Part shown: positions 62,298-64,000 of the stretch, one piece after another
How the letters are laid out: the number at the start of each line of letters is the position of its first letter
Numbering within the stretch: the first letter of the stretch is position 1
Assembly (NCBI RefSeq): GCF_036370855.1
Contig: NC_088098.1
Span: 199,991,336 to 200,055,335 of the forward strand
DNA: 64,000 nucleotides
DNA from: Dromaius novaehollandiae
Lineage: Eukaryota
Reading direction: 5' to 3'
Notes under the pieces: model-generated
Databases searched by the model: none
What the model was told of the DNA's origin: nothing
The model's input: only the letters and a program-made list of their open reading frames with translations
Translations under genes and position numbers: made by a program

Positions 62298-62403
62298 ACC
62301 TATTAAAGCTGGGATTCAGGAGAAGAAACAGACATTTGAAGAATTCCTGGAAGAACAGATACAACTAGAACAGCGGCGTCTGAAGCAAAACCAAGAGTTA
62401 CAG
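62298..62403 (+). CDS. CENPJ: CENPJ coding exon
   Basis: Acceptor acaccag then (R)[35 protein letters not shown], followed by donor CAG|gttctt. Acceptor acaccag at 62297 was chosen over ttaaag at 62308 because only the former preserves phase. Confidence 0.6.
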
Positions 62404-62694
62404 GTTCTTTTATTTTTTAACTTTATTGTTCTTTATATATTGTGACAAAATATTATAGGTATCTTACAAATGTATGAGGCAGATTCTAGTGTCTAAAAGC
62501 TAACACTGAATGCAATGTTAAAATTTTTTAAAACAACAAACCCCAATTATTTCATTTGTTTAAGTGGTCTTTAGAAATCCAGTAGAGACATCCTATATAA
62601 ATTCCTACTCATGTGGCATTATTTGAAGAAATCTTAAACTGTATAAGGAGCTTTTAACATTTTGCATTTGCTTCTTTTCCTTACCCCCTTACAG

Positions 62695-64000
62695 GAGACA
62701 AGTAGATCAACCATTCAAAAACCAGTGATCAAACGACCCTTCCTGAAAAGAGGAGAAGGCTTAACAAGGTTTACTAATGCCAAATCTAAGATAACAAAGC
62801 TTAGGGAAAACAAACTAAAACCTCAACAAAGTGCTTCAGAGGACAGAAATGTTAAAATTGACAGATCACAAATACAGAAAAAAACTGTGCCTCTTGGCAA
62901 AGAACTGGTTTCTGAGAACTCTTTTGCACCATGTAAAAAATATAACCAGTCTGATAAAGCAAAGCATGGTCCTGTTCAGAAAACCCTGGTACTCAGGAAT
63001 CACAATGGAAAAAATACCTTCCCATTAGAAACAAGAGTGCAAATAGGAAAGAATCTTCATGGACAGATGAGAGATTCTTTCCCATCAGAAATTAACAACG
63101 AAATAGAAAATAAAGAGAACATCATGGAATTTGCTAAATCCGTTAACACTGGTAGCAGAGTCAGAAACAAATTACCTGACACAGAAGAGCCTCAGTTGTC
63201 TCATGAGCTGACCGGTGCCTTTTCTAATTCTAAATGTTCTATAAGTCACTCTGTAAAAGGCCCAGAGCTGTCTTTTGAAGTTTCATTTCAGAATAAGCTG
63301 GAAAACTGGGAAAAAGAAAAGGAAAAAGAAAATCTAGAATTAGATGAGTTCTTGTTTCTAGAACAAGCTGCAGATGAAATATCTTTCTCAAGTAATTCCT
63401 CATTTGTGCAAAGGATCTTAGATCAAGATCAGCGGACTTTAAAAGGACGGAGAATGTCTTCTACCCCTATCAAGGCAAAACAACAGCAAGTAAATGCACT
63501 GGCTATTACACTTGAAAATAAGAAAAATAAAAGGGCAAACTCTGACACACAGGGAAATAAAAATGACAGAGCAGTTATATATACAGTATCAACTTCAGGA
63601 ACAGCTTTTAGACTGAAGGATCAGTTCAATAAAACAGATAGAACAGATAGTATAATGTTTTCAGCTTCTTCCATGACAGCAGCCCCTGCTTTAAAAAGTA
63701 CTCAATGGATTGTAACTGAAGATAAGGATGAAGGAAACAGTGATATTACTACAGATTCTGAGAAAGAATCTGAGACCACGTTAAAATGTGAAAGTGAAGA
63801 TACTAATGCATCCTTTATGAGCCATAGAGAGAGTGATCCAGAATTTTTTGCTTATGGAGGTTGTGTTACAGACATTAGCAGAGAAAGAAAAAATGGAGAT
63901 GCTGACCTTGACTTATCAGACAAAGATTGCAGTGCACTGTCAAAGCAAAGCAAAGCTTCAGACCATCAGAGAAGCCTGTCTTGTATAAATAGGAGTAAGT
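62695..64000 (+). CDS. CENPJ: CENPJ large coding exon (partial, continues beyond window end)
   Basis: Acceptor ccccttacag then an uninterrupted open frame of about 435 codons to the window end: ETSRSTIQKPVIKRPFLKRGEGLTRFTNAKSKITKLRENKLKPQQSASEDRNVKID...SDHQRSLSCINRSK. It corresponds to the large central exon of CENPJ. The ORF track misses it because it has no internal start or stop. Confidence 0.85.

Noticed and set aside
62309-62403. CENPJ exon starting at the stronger-looking acceptor ctattaaag (62307-62308)
   Set aside because: It gives the wrong phase and an in-frame stop. The acceptor acaccag 11 nt upstream gives the conserved [20 protein letters not shown] frame.
1-64000. CRISPR arrays, operons, defence islands or any prokaryotic 'system'
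   Set aside because: The sequence shows the hallmarks of a vertebrate nuclear locus. It has spliced multi-exon genes with GT-AG introns, CpG islands, CR1 LINE and microsatellites. There are no direct-repeat/spacer arrays and no dense coding.

Overview
This window is vertebrate nuclear DNA, not prokaryotic. It is AT-rich with long introns, two CpG islands, canonical GT-AG splice sites, a CR1 LINE 3' fragment and a second interspersed repeat. The CR1 element, GC-rich islands and compact introns suggest a bird, probably a chicken-like genome. I recognise three protein-coding genes by recalling human protein sequences from memory.

(1) The 5' part of MPHOSPH8 (M-phase phosphoprotein 8, chromodomain protein) lies on the minus strand. 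Coding exons 1-3 are at 6518-6763, 2092-2247 and 335-1189; the gene continues below coordinate 1. Its promoter is the CpG island at about 6160-7260.

(2) An apparently complete PARP4 (vault poly-ADP-ribose polymerase) lies on the minus strand. The start codon is at 52055 and the stop codon ends at 9304. I placed 31 coding exons (four of them low-confidence) and about 3 remain unplaced; they cover the BRCT, PARP-catalytic, VIT and vWA domains.

(3) The 5' part of CENPJ (CPAP) lies on the plus strand. The start codon is at 57203, with six coding exons in the window; the last, large exon runs off the window end at 64000.

PARP4 and CENPJ sit head-to-head and share a CpG-island bidirectional promoter at about 54700-55790. 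That island contains a canonical ZNF143/THAP11 SBS motif. MPHOSPH8 lies tail-to-head about 2 kb downstream of the PARP4 3' end.

There are no rRNA or tRNA genes, CRISPR arrays or prokaryotic-type systems. The ORF track evidently allows non-ATG starts (TTG/CTG/GTG), so several ORF 'M' starts are not real start codons.

The most notable observations are a probable GC-AG intron in PARP4, an 88-nt intron, a locally duplicated AT-rich segment flanking a PARP4 exon, an apparent change in gene order relative to human, and a ZNF143-motif bidirectional promoter. All exon coordinates were derived by hand and may be off by 1-2 nt.
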